A stretch of DNA of 54,840 nt, taken from NCBI GenBank assembly GCA_964372635.1, contig CAYJQW010000008.1, forward strand, positions 1 to 54,840. Reading direction: 5' to 3'. Source of the DNA: an uncultured Candidatus Saccharibacteria bacterium (GTDB lineage Bacteria; Patescibacteriota; Andersenbacteria; UBA10190). This document shows, piece after piece, positions 18,749 to 28,435 of the stretch (position 1 is its first letter; the number at the start of each line of letters is the position of its first letter). The translations under genes were made by a program, and so were the position numbers. Under the pieces are notes generated by a model. It did not search any database, was not told the DNA's origin, and saw nothing but the letters and a program-made list of their open reading frames with translations.

Positions 18749-19156
18749 ATGCCCAACACACAACAAGCGGCTCAGGCAGCTAGATTACACCAGCGTCAAA
18801 ATACTGCCCAAAACAAATCCAGAAAGTCTCCATCTGGATTAATGGGTCAAGGGATTCAGGCGGCTAAAACTTTTGGCCGGCGCGATAGGTCTAAGTCAGG
18901 CATAAAACAAGCAGCCGGCGTCGGTGCTAAGTTGGCAGGCGGTTCAGCTGTGACAGCACTAACTGGCGGCAATGTTCTTGCCGGTGCCGTTGCCGGCAAT
19001 GTAGCCCAAAAGGCAGTTGAAAATCCATGGCTGGCAATTGTTGCTGTTATAATCCTCGCTTTATTGTCTTTATTGCCTTCGATCATTTTATTTTTTAGTG
19101 CGGCTATGTCTGTGATATACATTGTCATTATTGCTCAACGGTTTGGCTTATTATGA
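18749..19156 (+). CDS. Hypothetical membrane protein
   Basis: Gly/Ala-rich segment then long C-terminal hydrophobic region; ATGA overlap with next gene. Confidence 0.65.
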   Translation: MPNTQQAAQAARLHQRQNTAQNKSRKSPSGLMGQGIQAAKTFGRRDRSKSGIKQAAGVGAKLAGGSAVTALTGGNVLAGAVAGNVAQKAVENPWLAIVAVIILALLSLLPSIILFFSAAMSVIYIVIIAQRFGLL

Positions 19157-19614
19157 ATATGACAATGTCCCAATTGCACCGACGAATCGCTTTAACTTTT
19201 ACCGTTCTGGCACTTTTATTTACGAATATACCCTTAGCTGAAGCACAGGGTCCAACACCGACATGTACCTTTGGACGCTTCGAAGTGCCGTTGCCTGGTT
19301 TTAAAGATGATCCTTCCGGAGAAGGTAAGTGCATCAGTGATGTTGTCGAAAAATATAAAGTCAGCGGTGAGGGTAAATTATCCCCCCTGTGGGCTTTTGT
19401 ATCGCAGTTGGCAAACATTATTATTGCTGTCATTGTCAGTGTTGGCCTAATTGCCGTCGTTGTCGGTGGCTATGTTTATATGACTGCCGGCGGTAATGCC
19501 CAGAGAATCAGCTCAGCTAAAACCATCGTAGCATCCGCATTACTGGGTATCATGTTGGCCCTGGCTTCATTTATTATCTTAAACACTATTAATCCTTCTC
19601 TCGTTGGTTTGTAA
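19153..19614 (+). CDS. VirB2/TrbC-like T4SS pilin
   Basis: Signal peptide ending AEA, Cys pair, then IAVVVGGYVYMTAGGN..AK..I..ALLGI.LALASFIILNTINPSL. Confidence 0.85.
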   Translation: MNMTMSQLHRRIALTFTVLALLFTNIPLAEAQGPTPTCTFGRFEVPLPGFKDDPSGEGKCISDVVEKYKVSGEGKLSPLWAFVSQLANIIIAVIVSVGLIAVVVGGYVYMTAGGNAQRISSAKTIVASALLGIMLALASFIILNTINPSLVGL

Positions 19615-20904
19615 GGCTGTCGCTAGTAAAACAATGAGAATCCAGTGCAAGGTTGCTAAATCATTCTTCCAATAAATAGTATCAACCAGGCCAAATAATA
19701 GCAGGCTAAGTACAGCCAAGGCCAAGGCTTGCGTGTGGGCATCAACAACTTTGCTTCGAAAAAACTTTCTTGCCAGCCAAACATGCAAACCTATAAAACT
19801 AATTAAGCCAAGCAGGCCAGTATTAAGCCAAAATGAGAGAATCCAATTATGCGGATCGCGGAAGACAAATTCAGGCAATGGTTTTCCACCACTGAATGGA
19901 AAAGACCATGCTCCAATCTTTAATATATTTATCGAACTACACTTGGCCAAGTCCCCACACTCAGCAAAAGCTTGCAAGCGTTTGTGAAGCACAGCTTGAT
20001 ATGCCGGTTCAAATTGTCCCAAGCCCAAACCAAAAAGTGTTTCTTGGATAATAAGATATCCGGCCACACTCCATAATTGCCCTCGGACTGAAATAGAATT
20101 AGATATTTTTTCGTTGTACAAGGGTGCTACTAGATATTCTAACCGACCGGTACTAAACAGGAGGGAAAACGTCAAACTAGTTAGAGCAATTAAAAAAACA
20201 ATGATGCGCCTAGTAAAGGGCGGACGCCAAAGCAGAACACCACCTATTAAACAGAGCATAACGATGCTAAGACCAGCCGTGGATTGAGTGGCAAGCAGCG
20301 CTCCAAATAAAATTGCCGTGGCTAAAGGTAGTAGACGAGAATTTGATTGGGTCAGACTTTGCCAGGCCCCAATCATAACTAAAGGGGACAGCCACAAGGC
20401 TAAGGAATTTGGCACATCATAAATACTTTGTACCCTGGGCAGAGTGTTTAATTGAACGAGTCCAACGACTGCTGTAAACACCCCGGATAAAAGCAGAGTA
20501 TTAGTAAATCGGCTTAAAACTTTATTTTGTTGAGTTTGCGCCTGTACCCAAACTAGCCAGCCAGCTAAAAGAGGAATAACAATCCAGCCTTTCAATATGC
20601 CAAGACTAACGCGTGGGCTGGCCGAAATATATGTGCTCAAAAAAGACGCTGCAAGAAACAAAACAACAAAGATAATTAATGGATGAGGTAATTTTTTCCA
20701 CGCCACGTGCCAGTTATGGCGAACTGCTGTTAGTATAATGCCAACTATAGCCAAGCTGACTATAATCATTTCAAACATATTAGTTGGTATGCTGGCAACC
20801 GTGAATCGAATAAGATATGAGGGAATAAGAAATACAGCACCAATCACTGCCCAGTCATAAATATTACCTGTGTCAATCTTAGTCAGGCTCTTATCCTTGT
20901 TCAT
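19579..20904 (-). CDS. O-antigen ligase/Wzy_C-family protein
   Basis: About 12 TMs; PNSLA, TQS.AG, R..LW, GLGLGQF, DPHNWIL..W..TGLLG. Confidence 0.88.
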   Translation of the reverse strand: MNKDKSLTKIDTGNIYDWAVIGAVFLIPSYLIRFTVASIPTNMFEMIIVSLAIVGIILTAVRHNWHVAWKKLPHPLIIFVVLFLAASFLSTYISASPRVSLGILKGWIVIPLLAGWLVWVQAQTQQNKVLSRFTNTLLLSGVFTAVVGLVQLNTLPRVQSIYDVPNSLALWLSPLVMIGAWQSLTQSNSRLLPLATAILFGALLATQSTAGLSIVMLCLIGGVLLWRPPFTRRIIVFLIALTSLTFSLLFSTGRLEYLVAPLYNEKISNSISVRGQLWSVAGYLIIQETLFGLGLGQFEPAYQAVLHKRLQAFAECGDLAKCSSINILKIGAWSFPFSGGKPLPEFVFRDPHNWILSFWLNTGLLGLISFIGLHVWLARKFFRSKVVDAHTQALALAVLSLLLFGLVDTIYWKNDLATLHWILIVLLATALQTNERRINSV

Positions 20905-20913
20905 AGGAATTTT

Positions 20914-22335
20914 TTAGAGCTTTGCGATTTTACCGCTAAACAAGCTTGAGGCCACGGCCAAGGCACAAATCAGAGCCAGCATGATTAAAAGATGGCTATA
21001 GAGAAAACTATTAACGAACTGGGCGTGCAAAAACAAAAAAATTATACTGGTGGCTGCTGCCAGAGATAATATATGACCGCGGCGAAGCCAGGAGGATACA
21101 AAAAATATAGCCAGGCTAAGCCAGGGAATCATGAAAAGAAAAACACCTGTTAATCCTGTCGTTAGAAGTAGCGTAAGCAAGCTATTGTCAGCGCCAGCGC
21201 GAGAATGTATTTGATAATCTGAATTAAGGCCGGCTTGGGCAGCAGCAAATTGATAGGCATTATAACCGATCCCAAACAGGGGCTGCTCGCGGGCTATCTG
21301 CCACACCTGCTTTAAAGACTCAGCCCGCAACTGAACGGTTGCATCAGATGTTATAAGTCCCATGGCTCTTTCACCAAGCATCAGAATGCTAACCAGACTA
21401 ATAATGATAAATGTACTGCTAAATACCAAAATCATAATAAGATTATGGCCTCGCGGGCGATGAATTAGACGCAAAATGATTACCGGCGATATTAGAATTA
21501 TTGTTCCACTAAGAGCCACCAGTGTACTGCGTGATTGTGTACCAACTAACGCCAAGACAATAACAACAAGGTTGAAAATAAACCAGGATATTTTTTTTCG
21601 TTCCAGCCACATAGGTGCCGTGCGAACCAAGAAAAAGAATAGTCCAAGGCCAAGAAATGCGCCAAGAAAATTAGGATCAAGCCAGGTACTGACAATCCGT
21701 CCATTATGAGGATCCCAACCACCCTTTAAAATAGACAAGTCCGGTATTAATAGAACTTGTCCAAGACCAAGTACAGCTATCACAGTGATGGCCAGAACTA
21801 ATGATCTTGAGACTGAATGAAACAGTCTGCGATTACCTATGAGAACCAATAAGCTCGGTAGTAATAATAGATAGCCTGTAAGACGGACCCAATAGGCGGC
21901 CGCTACCACTAATTCAGACAGTTCATAACGATCGGAATTAATAACCAGAGTAAAAAGACTCCAAACAATAAACGGTAAGAATAGATGGCTGACTGACAAG
22001 GCACGGAGATGATATTGAGGAATTTGATAATTTGATAGTTGATATTTCTTCAAAAAATGAGAATTAGAAATCAGTGGATAATATTCTTTTCTTTGAAAAA
22101 ATGACTGTAGTAGAGCTGCTAAAATCACTAAAATAACGACTAGATCACTAGACAAAACCCCGCCTCCTTGCCCGGGCAATGGCCACCTCAGGCTTTGGCC
22201 GATTATAAGCGAAACTGATAAAGCGACCATGGCCAACAGTGGCAGACGTATCAACCATGCCGCTAGAGCTAAGGTTATTGCACCAACGGTGAGCGTATAC
22301 GGTGCAAGCGACGCAAGAGACGCTGTGTCAACCAT
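20914..22335 (-). CDS. O-antigen ligase/Wzy_C-family protein
   Basis: RIVSTWLDPNFLG, TQSRS, PLFGIGYN, ADNSLL..L.TTG. Confidence 0.88.
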   Translation of the reverse strand: MVDTASLASLAPYTLTVGAITLALAAWLIRLPLLAMVALSVSLIIGQSLRWPLPGQGGGVLSSDLVVILVILAALLQSFFQRKEYYPLISNSHFLKKYQLSNYQIPQYHLRALSVSHLFLPFIVWSLFTLVINSDRYELSELVVAAAYWVRLTGYLLLLPSLLVLIGNRRLFHSVSRSLVLAITVIAVLGLGQVLLIPDLSILKGGWDPHNGRIVSTWLDPNFLGAFLGLGLFFFLVRTAPMWLERKKISWFIFNLVVIVLALVGTQSRSTLVALSGTIILISPVIILRLIHRPRGHNLIMILVFSSTFIIISLVSILMLGERAMGLITSDATVQLRAESLKQVWQIAREQPLFGIGYNAYQFAAAQAGLNSDYQIHSRAGADNSLLTLLLTTGLTGVFLFMIPWLSLAIFFVSSWLRRGHILSLAAATSIIFLFLHAQFVNSFLYSHLLIMLALICALAVASSLFSGKIAKL

Positions 22336-23045
22336 ATCGGTGTAGCATAGTGCTTCCTAAAGTACCTGTCAGCCGAGATATCATAGAGCCGAGTTTTCTT
22401 ATTTAAATCGGACATGCTGGCTCCACGCTGGTGTTCGACACGCGCGTTAGGCTCTATAATAATGTTCCACTTTTTCATTCGTAGCCGTTTACACAAATCA
22501 ACATCTTCCCAATACATAAAGAATTGATTATCAAACCCACCAACCTGCACAAATGCGCGACGCCGTATTAATAGCGCGCCAGCTGATACCCAGCCAACAA
22601 CCTTGGGGACAGTAATTCGTGGCTGAGATATTGTTTGGCGTCTGATCAGATGTGCTAACGTCACTTCACTGCCATATCCGGCTATTTCTACAGAGCCATC
22701 AGTGGCCGTTAAAGATAAACCAACCACGCCTAAACTGGCGGAGTTCTGGAAATGACGCCCTGCTTTCATAAGAGCTTTTGGAGTTAGCAACGCATCAGGA
22801 TTAAGAAATAATATTAGGTCATTGTTTAATAAAGACGCACCAATATTACAGGCGGCGGCAAAACCGTGATTTTTGGCTAAAAAAATTGGAGAAAGGCCGA
22901 GCCCACGAGCGACCTCCACAGTATTATCAGTTGACGCATTATCAACAATTATAATGTCAGTCACGTCGTTAGCCCAAAGACTGCGAATACAAGAAGCGAG
23001 CAAGTGGGCAGAATTATAAGTGACGATCACTGTTCCAACAGACAT
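22275..23045 (-). CDS. Glycosyltransferase family 2
   Basis: VIVTYNS, VDNASTD, GFAAACN, FLNPD, GGFD..FFMYWEDVDLC. Confidence 0.93.
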   Translation of the reverse strand: MSVGTVIVTYNSAHLLASCIRSLWANDVTDIIIVDNASTDNTVEVARGLGLSPIFLAKNHGFAAACNIGASLLNNDLILFLNPDALLTPKALMKAGRHFQNSASLGVVGLSLTATDGSVEIAGYGSEVTLAHLIRRQTISQPRITVPKVVGWVSAGALLIRRRAFVQVGGFDNQFFMYWEDVDLCKRLRMKKWNIIIEPNARVEHQRGASMSDLNKKTRLYDISADRYFRKHYATPIWLTQRLLRRLHRIRSPLVQ

Positions 23046-23056
23046 AGTGAGCCAAA

Positions 23057-23917
23057 CTAAGTGGTCGGACGAGGCCCCTGCACTGCCATTAATGCATCAT
23101 GTAAGGCTTGCCACACAATCAGCTTGCGACTTATGAAACGATGATAATAGTATCGCATCCGATTTATGGTCCACCAATAACGGCGCAGAAGGAAATTTGT
23201 TTCATGTTCCAGAAAAAAGGCGCCATTACGAACCAAATAATAGAGCTGATCATTTGCGACTACATTTTCAGCATCATCATTATGTTTAATACTAAGTTTT
23301 GAGATAGAAACTAGCGGATACCCCAACAGGTGAACACGCTGACTTAAGGCAACATCCTCCCAATATAGAAAGTATTGCGTCGGAACACCGCTCACAGCGG
23401 CGAATACTTCAAATGGTGCTGCGAAAAAAGATCCGTGTATGTAAGACAATTGCCACCATGAAAATAAATTCCGCTGCCGACTTTTCTGCAGTGTAGATCG
23501 GCCAGTCAAAATGTTTATATATGCGTACACGGCACCGACCAGAGCCGGTTTTGGATGATTAATCCACCAATCTTCCAGTTCAGATAGGGTGTCGGTCGCA
23601 ACTCGAACATCGTTGTTCATACAAATAACAATGTCGTGGGGCTTTAGACTTTGAGAAAAGAGCACACCTAATCCTACATTAAGACCGGCTCCGTAGCCTG
23701 CATTTTTTTTCGGCCGAATCACTTTTTCAGACTGCGAAAGTGCCATATTTAACGGTTCAATAGCGTGATCAATAATAATAATTGAATCTGCCTTTTTTGT
23801 ACTGCGTCGTAGGGACTCGATCGCCGCTTGCGTTGTCTCAACCCTGCCAAAATGTATCAAGATAATATGATAACGCCTTAGATGAGATGTAGCCTGTAAA
23901 TTCACTTCATTGGGCAT
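23057..23917 (-). CDS. Glycosyltransferase family 2
   Basis: NAGYGAGLNVG, MNND, YFLYWEDV. Confidence 0.88.
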   Translation of the reverse strand: MPNEVNLQATSHLRRYHIILIHFGRVETTQAAIESLRRSTKKADSIIIIDHAIEPLNMALSQSEKVIRPKKNAGYGAGLNVGLGVLFSQSLKPHDIVICMNNDVRVATDTLSELEDWWINHPKPALVGAVYAYINILTGRSTLQKSRQRNLFSWWQLSYIHGSFFAAPFEVFAAVSGVPTQYFLYWEDVALSQRVHLLGYPLVSISKLSIKHNDDAENVVANDQLYYLVRNGAFFLEHETNFLLRRYWWTINRMRYYYHRFISRKLIVWQALHDALMAVQGPRPTT

Positions 23918-23953
23918 ATTTCTGTTGATATCTTTGTGGATAAAAGAAGATAA

Positions 23954-24901
23954 TTAGGGGTAAGTATGCGTATTTCCTGATTTTTGGGTCTTTCCTGACC
24001 CTTCTATTATCCCCAACCAAGTGTGCAGGTGAGTGAAGAGACGAAAGGTTCGAGGTAAACTAATTTGATTAAATACTTGCAGCGCAATACCAATGAGAGG
24101 TAAAAGTCCGGTATAAACAACTAGGACATATAAAAAACGATGTTTACCAGACACTTTTGGTATCAGGAATTCGTTCGGATGAAGACTCTGAAATAAATGT
24201 AACCCATAACCACTGGCACGTTGACGTGCCCCAATCATCTGGACAGAATAGCGGTGCTGATGCACAGCTCGAGCAGAATGCAAGACGTGTAAAATGAGAC
24301 CGAGACGAGCCAAGCGACGTCCTAAATCAAGATCTTCCCAACCATAACGTGTGAATACTTCCGAAAACAATTCCTTGCGAAACATGGTTCTCTTTAACGA
24401 AAGATGAGATCCATAAAAGAAATGACGTGGGTCTGCAGTCAGAGCACCAAGAAGTGAGTCGTAATTGTTTTGTGGTCCACCGTGAATCATCCAGTCCAGC
24501 AGCGGCGTTGGTTGAAGACGTGGATCCCAGGTGATCATACCAAGAGCAGCTGCCTTAACATCAGGATGAGTCTCATGAAATAAAAGATGTTTGAGTAATG
24601 CACCAGGCCTCAAAATAATATCGGCGCCCAATAAGAAGATAATCTCAGCCGAAGAGTTTTTTATAGCTCGATTACGAGCCGCTGCCACGCCGGCATGTTG
24701 CCCATAGATTATCTCACAGGGCCAGCGGCTTTTTGAGTTATGGTGTTTAAGCACAAGATTAGTGTTATCGGTTGATCCGTCATCGCTGATGATAAGACGG
24801 ACTTGCCAGTCCCTCGGTACTTCTTGGGTGTTAAGCGCAGCAAGGGTCAGTGGTAACACTTTCGCATTTTGATATGTCGGTATAATTAGATCAACATCCA
24901 T
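23954..24901 (-). CDS. Glycosyltransferase family 2
   Basis: IIPTYQ, DDGSTD, AAARN, YGWEDLDLG. Confidence 0.92.
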   Translation of the reverse strand: MDVDLIIPTYQNAKVLPLTLAALNTQEVPRDWQVRLIISDDGSTDNTNLVLKHHNSKSRWPCEIIYGQHAGVAAARNRAIKNSSAEIIFLLGADIILRPGALLKHLLFHETHPDVKAAALGMITWDPRLQPTPLLDWMIHGGPQNNYDSLLGALTADPRHFFYGSHLSLKRTMFRKELFSEVFTRYGWEDLDLGRRLARLGLILHVLHSARAVHQHRYSVQMIGARQRASGYGLHLFQSLHPNEFLIPKVSGKHRFLYVLVVYTGLLPLIGIALQVFNQISLPRTFRLFTHLHTWLGIIEGSGKTQKSGNTHTYP

Positions 24902-24917
24902 ATGAACTATCTAAAAG

Positions 24918-26339
24918 CTAACTGGCATGACGAGAACTCAGCAAACGTAGATGTCGTTTTGATATAGCCCCTGAATAAAAACTAGCAGCGAAGTAGAATA
25001 TAGCCGCGATAATAATTTGCAGTATGAGATTTATAGTCGGCATAACAAAAGTAATTAATCCCGCCGTGGTCAGACTGATCAATAAAACTTTAACAACAAT
25101 AAGAAGTGACCCCCGAGGATGAATCAGGCGCCAGACAACTAGAGCGGCGGCTGCGGCCGATATGCCTTCAGTCGCAACTGTAGTCCAGGCCGCCGCTGTT
25201 GCCCCAAAAGAAGGTATGAAAATAAGATTCATAACTATATTAAGACCAACAAGTAGCATATAAAGTTTAAGAAGGTAAATTTGCTTGCCAAGCGCAACAA
25301 GGGTAAAGCCAAAAAGATTACCAAGAAACATTATTGGTAGAGCCAGGCTTAGAATTCTAAGGAGTGGTGCTGCTGGCTCATAACCACGACCTGCTATTAA
25401 ATGTATGATGCCCTCACTCCTCGTAAGGCAAATGGTGACTGCAAACAAAGCTATTATAAAGAGTAGTCTTAGCCCTTCACTAAGATATCCTTGCGCCACT
25501 TTTTTTTGTTTTCCGAGTGCCTTGGCTAGACGCGGTAATAAGAGGCCACCAAACATGGCCGGAAAGAATAGAGAACTTTCGACAATGCGATACGCAATGC
25601 CATACCAACCAACTTCAAGCGGTGATCTAAATAAGGAGAGAATAACAGTGTCTATTCTGAAAAAGACGGCATTTAACAGAAGAACTAGCCCCAGTGGCCA
25701 GGATGATATAATAATTTTTTTCCACCCTGTACGATTAAGTTGTGGTCGCCAGATTGTACCTCTAGGCAGAAGCCATGTATGGATTATCCAAGCCGCGATG
25801 GCACTCGCCGCAAAGGCATAGGCTATATAATTAAGCCTAGCCGAAGCCGCACCCAGGCTTAAAATAATACTGATTTGTATTATCCTGCCTGTTAGATCGC
25901 CAACTGTTGCTCGCCAAACCTCGCCATAGTGTTGATAGATACCCATTGCCAGTTGACTAATAGATTGGAAAGAAAGCCCAATAGCTATAATAAAAAAGAC
26001 GGATTCTAAACCGTGTATAGCGGGAATAAATCTAATCAATAATATTCCAGGTATAAATGCTCCGACTAATAATACGAGACGAAGCGAAACTATTTGAGAA
26101 ACTATTTGTTGTGTCCGATCTGGCTTAATACCTATTTCTCGTGTCAGTGTTAAATAAAGTCCACCATCAGCCAATAATTGGATGATGGCACCAAACGAAA
26201 GAAGAATTGTGTAAAGACCAAACTGACTGGCACCGAGATAACGAGTTATTAAGCCCATCACCAACACACCAAGAGCTACGTTGATAATTCTCCCACCAGT
26301 GGCAATCGCAGTATTTGAAAGAATTGATTGACCCATCAC
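24918..26339 (-). CDS. Wzx-type polysaccharide flippase
   Basis: About 14 TMs; RYLG..QFG.Y, DGGL, RID..ILS, VGWY..AY, NLIFIP..GA.AAA. Confidence 0.92.
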   Translation of the reverse strand: MMGQSILSNTAIATGGRIINVALGVLVMGLITRYLGASQFGLYTILLSFGAIIQLLADGGLYLTLTREIGIKPDRTQQIVSQIVSLRLVLLVGAFIPGILLIRFIPAIHGLESVFFIIAIGLSFQSISQLAMGIYQHYGEVWRATVGDLTGRIIQISIILSLGAASARLNYIAYAFAASAIAAWIIHTWLLPRGTIWRPQLNRTGWKKIIISSWPLGLVLLLNAVFFRIDTVILSLFRSPLEVGWYGIAYRIVESSLFFPAMFGGLLLPRLAKALGKQKKVAQGYLSEGLRLLFIIALFAVTICLTRSEGIIHLIAGRGYEPAAPLLRILSLALPIMFLGNLFGFTLVALGKQIYLLKLYMLLVGLNIVMNLIFIPSFGATAAAWTTVATEGISAAAAALVVWRLIHPRGSLLIVVKVLLISLTTAGLITFVMPTINLILQIIIAAIFYFAASFYSGAISKRHLRLLSSRHAS

Positions 26340-26443
26340 TAATCAGTAAATACTTCAAGGGTAAAATACCCGGAGTGTTTATTAACAGTCTGCACTGGCG
26401 CTGTATTAATTTCTAGAACTTATTGTGTTTTCGGACAACTTAT

Positions 26444-26947
26444 TTACAGAAATACCGGTTTAATTACAACGCGTCTATCTGGTTCATCACCCATACTGTG
26501 GGTCTTAACATCTTCACGTTGCGCTAAGGTTGTGTGAACTAGACGCCGATCTGACGCTGACATTGGGCTTAAGACAACAGTTTTACCTTGCATTTTGGCT
26601 CGTCTGGCAGCCGCTTCAGCTAAGCTCGTCATCGTTTGTTCATGCCGGGAACGATAGCCATTAACATCAAGAGTAATGTACGTACCATCAGGCAATTGTC
26701 GTCGCAGGACTGAACGAATGATATGCTGTAGGGCGCTTAAATGGGCCCCATGAGTCCCAATTAGTAACTTGCCATCATCTCCAGCATTGATAATAATCTC
26801 TAAACTTATGCCCTTACTTTTTTCTGAAGGCAAAACTCTTTCTTTACAGCGAACACTGATATCAACAAAGCTCATACTTTCCAGTAGACGTCTAACGTGC
26901 TCCTCAATAAGACTGAGTGTTTGCGTGTCAAGATTAGTCTGCGTCAT
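26444..26947 (-). CDS. jag: Jag/KhpB RNA-binding protein (KH + R3H, no Jag_N domain)
   Basis: LLIGTHGAHLSALQ (KH), LDVNGYR, PMSASDRRLVH (R3H), SMGDEPDRRVVI. Confidence 0.92.
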   Translation of the reverse strand: MTQTNLDTQTLSLIEEHVRRLLESMSFVDISVRCKERVLPSEKSKGISLEIIINAGDDGKLLIGTHGAHLSALQHIIRSVLRRQLPDGTYITLDVNGYRSRHEQTMTSLAEAAARRAKMQGKTVVLSPMSASDRRLVHTTLAQREDVKTHSMGDEPDRRVVIKPVFL

Positions 26948-26972
26948 AGTTATATAGTACCTCGTTAATGGC

Positions 26973-27722
26973 TCAAACAATGGGCAGGTTTTCCGTTGTC
27001 TTTAATACTCTTTTTAGTACGTATTGTTGTCCGATGGCAAATATAGTTGAAGCTACCCAATAAAGGGCGAGAGCAGCTGGCAATTGAAGAGCAATAAAAA
27101 CTGTCATAGCTGGAAATACATATGTCATATTTTTTTGCATCGCGTTCATCATTTGTGCGCTTTGTTCATCGGAGGCTGGCGACGAGGGCATGCTGGTAAA
27201 AAACCGCATGAGAGCGAATTGTCCTAAACCGGCAATAACACCAAGGAGTAAACTAGGCTTCTCAAGAGGAATCCCTAACAAGACTACTTGTAAAGTCTGG
27301 GGAGGAACGACAAACGTGTAGAGATTAATGAAAGTTTCTTCGTTCAACCCAACTAAAAAAACTTTGTAGAGTGCAATCAATATAGGTAATTGAATTAGGA
27401 GCGATAGACAGCCACTAGCCGGATTAATCCCGGCTCGTCGATAAGCTGACATTGTTTCTTCAGCTTGTTTTGATTTATTGTTTTTATACTTCTTTTTAAT
27501 GCCTTGCAATTCTTTTTGAACCGTCTTCATCTTATCTTGATTTTTCTTCGCCTGACGCGCTTGATGGAGTGATGACGGCAATAATATAAGTCTGACAATA
27601 ATAGTTACCAGTATGATGGCTAGGCCAATATTATGGCTTGGCAGTAAGTTGGTTATGCCCACGAGAAGATTAAAAAGTGGACGAAAGAGTATTTCATTAT
27701 AAATAAACGTAATGGGATTCAT
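26973..27722 (-). CDS. yidC: Membrane protein insertase YidC, short form
   Basis: GLAIILVTIIVRLILLP, NPASGCL..LIQLPILIALY, PAALALYW. Confidence 0.95.
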   Translation of the reverse strand: MNPITFIYNEILFRPLFNLLVGITNLLPSHNIGLAIILVTIIVRLILLPSSLHQARQAKKNQDKMKTVQKELQGIKKKYKNNKSKQAEETMSAYRRAGINPASGCLSLLIQLPILIALYKVFLVGLNEETFINLYTFVVPPQTLQVVLLGIPLEKPSLLLGVIAGLGQFALMRFFTSMPSSPASDEQSAQMMNAMQKNMTYVFPAMTVFIALQLPAALALYWVASTIFAIGQQYVLKRVLKTTENLPIV

Positions 27723-28015
27723 AGACTTTTAAGAAAAGGAATTTTCGCTACCGAGGGTACCGGGTCAATACCTCCAGTAGTGCCAGGGTGACATCGGACA
27801 ATTCTAACCAAACCAAGTAAAAGACCATACCAGCCGTGTTTAGCCAGCGCTTGTGCCATATATTGGGAACAGGTTGGCTTGAATCTACAAACTCCGGCCG
27901 GGAAAAGAAAGCGAACAATACTATGATCAGGTGATAGGGTTTTCTGATAAATTTTAATAGCGCTTAGAAGAGTTATAATAGGCAAATTAATAATATATAT
28001 TAAAATCTTTGGCAT
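27719..28015 (-). CDS. yidD: Membrane protein insertion efficiency factor
   Basis: YQKTLSPDH, CRFKPTCSQY, RCHP...GGIDP. Confidence 0.95.
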   Translation of the reverse strand: MPKILIYIINLPIITLLSAIKIYQKTLSPDHSIVRFLFPAGVCRFKPTCSQYMAQALAKHGWYGLLLGLVRIVRCHPGTTGGIDPVPSVAKIPFLKSL

Positions 28016-28034
28016 ATTTTATTACAGCTAATAT

Positions 28035-28370
28035 TTATAATAATTTACGTACGTGAGACATTATAGATAAACGTAATTCGTCGAGACTCTTAATATTCAC
28101 TATTCTCGGCTGAGCCACCAACACCATATCATAAGTATTCGGCAGTAAGTGTGCTGTTTCTTGTGCAATTACCCGTAACCATCGTTGGTAGTGATGCCGC
28201 TTTGTTGCCAGTCGACTCACTTTTTTACCAACTACACATGCGCTGCGAGTGGTGGCATGAGAAGATGGTTTTAGATATAAGCGAATCGTACCAGTTGAGA
28301 GTAGTTTGCCGGATCGCATGACGTTAAGAATATCAATTGATCGGCGTAAACGCATACGTTTTGGAAGCAT
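28035..28370 (-). CDS. rnpA: Ribonuclease P protein component
   Basis: MLPKRMRL, VVGKKVSRLATKRHHYQR (RNR-motif variant); synteny. Confidence 0.9.
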   Translation of the reverse strand: MLPKRMRLRRSIDILNVMRSGKLLSTGTIRLYLKPSSHATTRSACVVGKKVSRLATKRHHYQRWLRVIAQETAHLLPNTYDMVLVAQPRIVNIKSLDELRLSIMSHVRKLL

Positions 28371-28435
28371 AGTGAGAGAATTTCTCAGCCTATTTTCAAT
28401 ATAATAAATCGAGCACCGTGTGCTCCGCCTTAACC

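Noticed and set aside
6717..19614. Integrative conjugative element
   Set aside because: No relaxase, coupling protein, integrase or flanking direct repeats seen; composition resembles the surrounding core genes.
19941..19980. Palindromes ACTTGGCCAAGT and GCTTGCAAGC in the first O-antigen ligase
   Set aside because: Short, loop-less and unlike the other repeat families; may be chance within a periplasmic loop.
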